Positions 63,601-64,000 of a DNA stretch of 64,000 nucleotides are shown here, one piece after another. Below the pieces are notes generated by a model. The model did not search any database. It saw only the letters and a list, made by a program, of their open reading frames with translations, and was not told the origin of the DNA. Source of the stretch: a virus. The translations under genes were made by a program, and so were the position numbers. The stretch's first letter is position 1. The number at the start of each line of letters is the position of its first letter. The DNA lies in the IMG/VR virus record IMGVR_UViG_3300049893_001984, positions 1 through 64,000 of that record, one strand, 5' to 3'.

Positions 63601-64000
63601 AACTTTCCAAGGTGTCTGCTAATTACTCTCAGACTGTAAACATCGCGCCAATTGGTATTTTCCAGGCGCTGCTCTTTATGTGCTCTGGTAGTGAAAATAC
63701 CAAGAGAAGCTAGTAAATCACACAGGTCGTCACGCAGCTGCTTGGAGACAGACGCGGCCCCTAGTTGTATGGCTCCATTGCTATCCGACCAAACACAACC
63801 ATCCCCGCCAAAGTACCCGCTGATAAGGCCTTGTTTAAATTCATTAGAGGCCGACAAGTACTTTTCAGGTATCCGCTTGTTGTGGGCAAGGTGACCGAAC
63901 GAGCTAGTAAGCCAATCGCACAAGGCGTGATCCGTCAAACACACAGAACCGCCATTGCGATAAGGCTCTCTACCGTTGGTTACTTTTCTAAGCAGGCTAA
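60657..64000 (-). CDS. rpoBC: RNA polymerase beta fused to beta-prime N-terminal half, intein-containing; 5' end outside window
   Basis: beta motifs FEDGVIISE, GDKLAGFFGDKGVIS, SRINP, KLHHLAEGK; then beta-prime motifs VIPPNFRP, VDMVGRAAITP, INRAPTYHR, NADFDGD; frame is open to position 64000. Confidence 0.95.
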   Translation of the reverse strand, partial: SLLRKVTNGREPYRNGGSVCLTDHALCDWLTSSFGHLAHNKRIPEKYLSASNEFKQGLISGYFGGDGCVWSDSNGAIQLGAASVSKQLRDDLCDLLASLGIFTTRAHKEQRLENTNWRDVYSLRVISRHLGKLDSWFFYADKQARFASKLKKKFRASPFESVPVTKAGRKAMYKEFESASMFRYKTASLGFVAKDRLREGSGTYGKWGRSDVMWDLITDITPHPNEDFVYDLCVEGSENFAVCGGLIVHNTFLHNTPVVKIGDAVGKGQLLAKSNYTDDKGQIAMGTNLRTGYMPYKGLAFEDGVIISESAAQRLRSEHMYQRVLEHTPGETVLGRKQFLSLYPGAYKPNQLKPIDENGVVKVGTVVKHGDPLFLSLRRSQQDAVHKGHKPMFSNGAMEWDHVHDGVVTDVTQNKNGDWNITVKSHAPAQEGDKLAGFFGDKGVISRVIPDHQMPHSKDGKPLELILNSLGIISRINPSQVYEALLGKIARKTGQPVLLPGFGLKGKASVDHVQEELAKHGLKDTEDLVDPETGKSIPGVLTGERFMMKLHHLAEGKGKGRDVGGYTSEGLPARGGDEGAKRISQMETFSLLSHGVPNVLREAQVIRGQRNDDYWKAFRMGLTPPSPKEPLIYNKFLAHLKGAGINVEKDGNKLHLFALTDKHVDEMSSGEIKENKTVDQNDMTEIPGGLFDRTITGGHGGNRWGHINLHEPMPNPVFEEPVRRMLGLTGKKFEAILGGQEQLGGATGPKAIQAALGRINVDGEIERYKSIIKDGAKSKRDNAVKVLGYLETLKKEGTHPKELMMNKVPVIPPNFRPITKFKDLPLVADANLLYKDLMTSNQALKDLSGQVGDEHLNEERLQLYNAVKAVSGLGDPVQEKTQEKKVKGLLAHVFGNSPKMGMFQRRVLGMPVDMVGRAAITPNPDLSMDEVGLPEPKAWTIYRPFIVRRLIRQGLPAVEAAKSVANQTDLARKTMLEEMKERPVMINRAPTYHRYGFMAAFPKLSKGHTLQLPPVVCNGFNADFDGDAMNYHVPVTEEAVKEAREKMLPSVNLKSTRDFGVHYLPRNEFLMGLYLASNSKNDKPPRVFRSKADVIAAYQRGDIDIHDKVVVKG
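63249..64000 (-). mobile_element. intein with LAGLIDADG homing endonuclease (C-terminal part)
   Basis: GLISGYFGGDGCV endonuclease block; splice end VYDLCVEGSENFAVCGGLIVHN followed by extein Thr. Confidence 0.9.

Noticed and set aside
1-64000. Alternative genetic code
   Set aside because: Long conserved genes are intact under the standard code, coding density is high, and TAA, TAG and TGA all terminate genes; the RNAP split is separated by whole genes, not by a stop codon.

Overview
This is a 64-kb segment of a large contractile-tailed (myovirus-like) bacteriophage genome. Essentially all real genes are on the minus strand, so transcription runs right to left. Right part (about 38-64 kb): head module with prohead protease, scaffold candidate, decoration protein, HK97-type major capsid protein and neck proteins. 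It is interleaved with many K-x-A-rich putative internal head proteins and with a phage multisubunit RNA polymerase: an intein-containing beta fused to the N-half of beta-prime, and the beta-prime C-half as a separate gene 3.6 kb away. Middle (about 9.6-38 kb): tail sheath, tube, spike, hub, baseplate wedge, a sigma factor, and a tandem family of Cys-rich tail/baseplate paralogues followed by two glycosyltransferases. Left 5.8 kb: accessory/early-type region built of repeated cassettes, each with a conserved non-canonical promoter, a structured leader, one small gene and a conserved hairpin repeat; also an 11/33-bp tandem repeat and a tRNA-like structured element. The most striking unexplained signal is an 11-residue N-terminal peptide, M(N/K)HLxYLIKxA. 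It is conserved only at protein level on four otherwise unrelated genes scattered over 42 kb and looks like a capsid-targeting/cleavage tag for a set of packaged cargo proteins. No terminase, portal, DNA polymerase or RNAP alpha subunit was recognised in the window. All annotations are by eye from motifs and synteny; no database searches were run.
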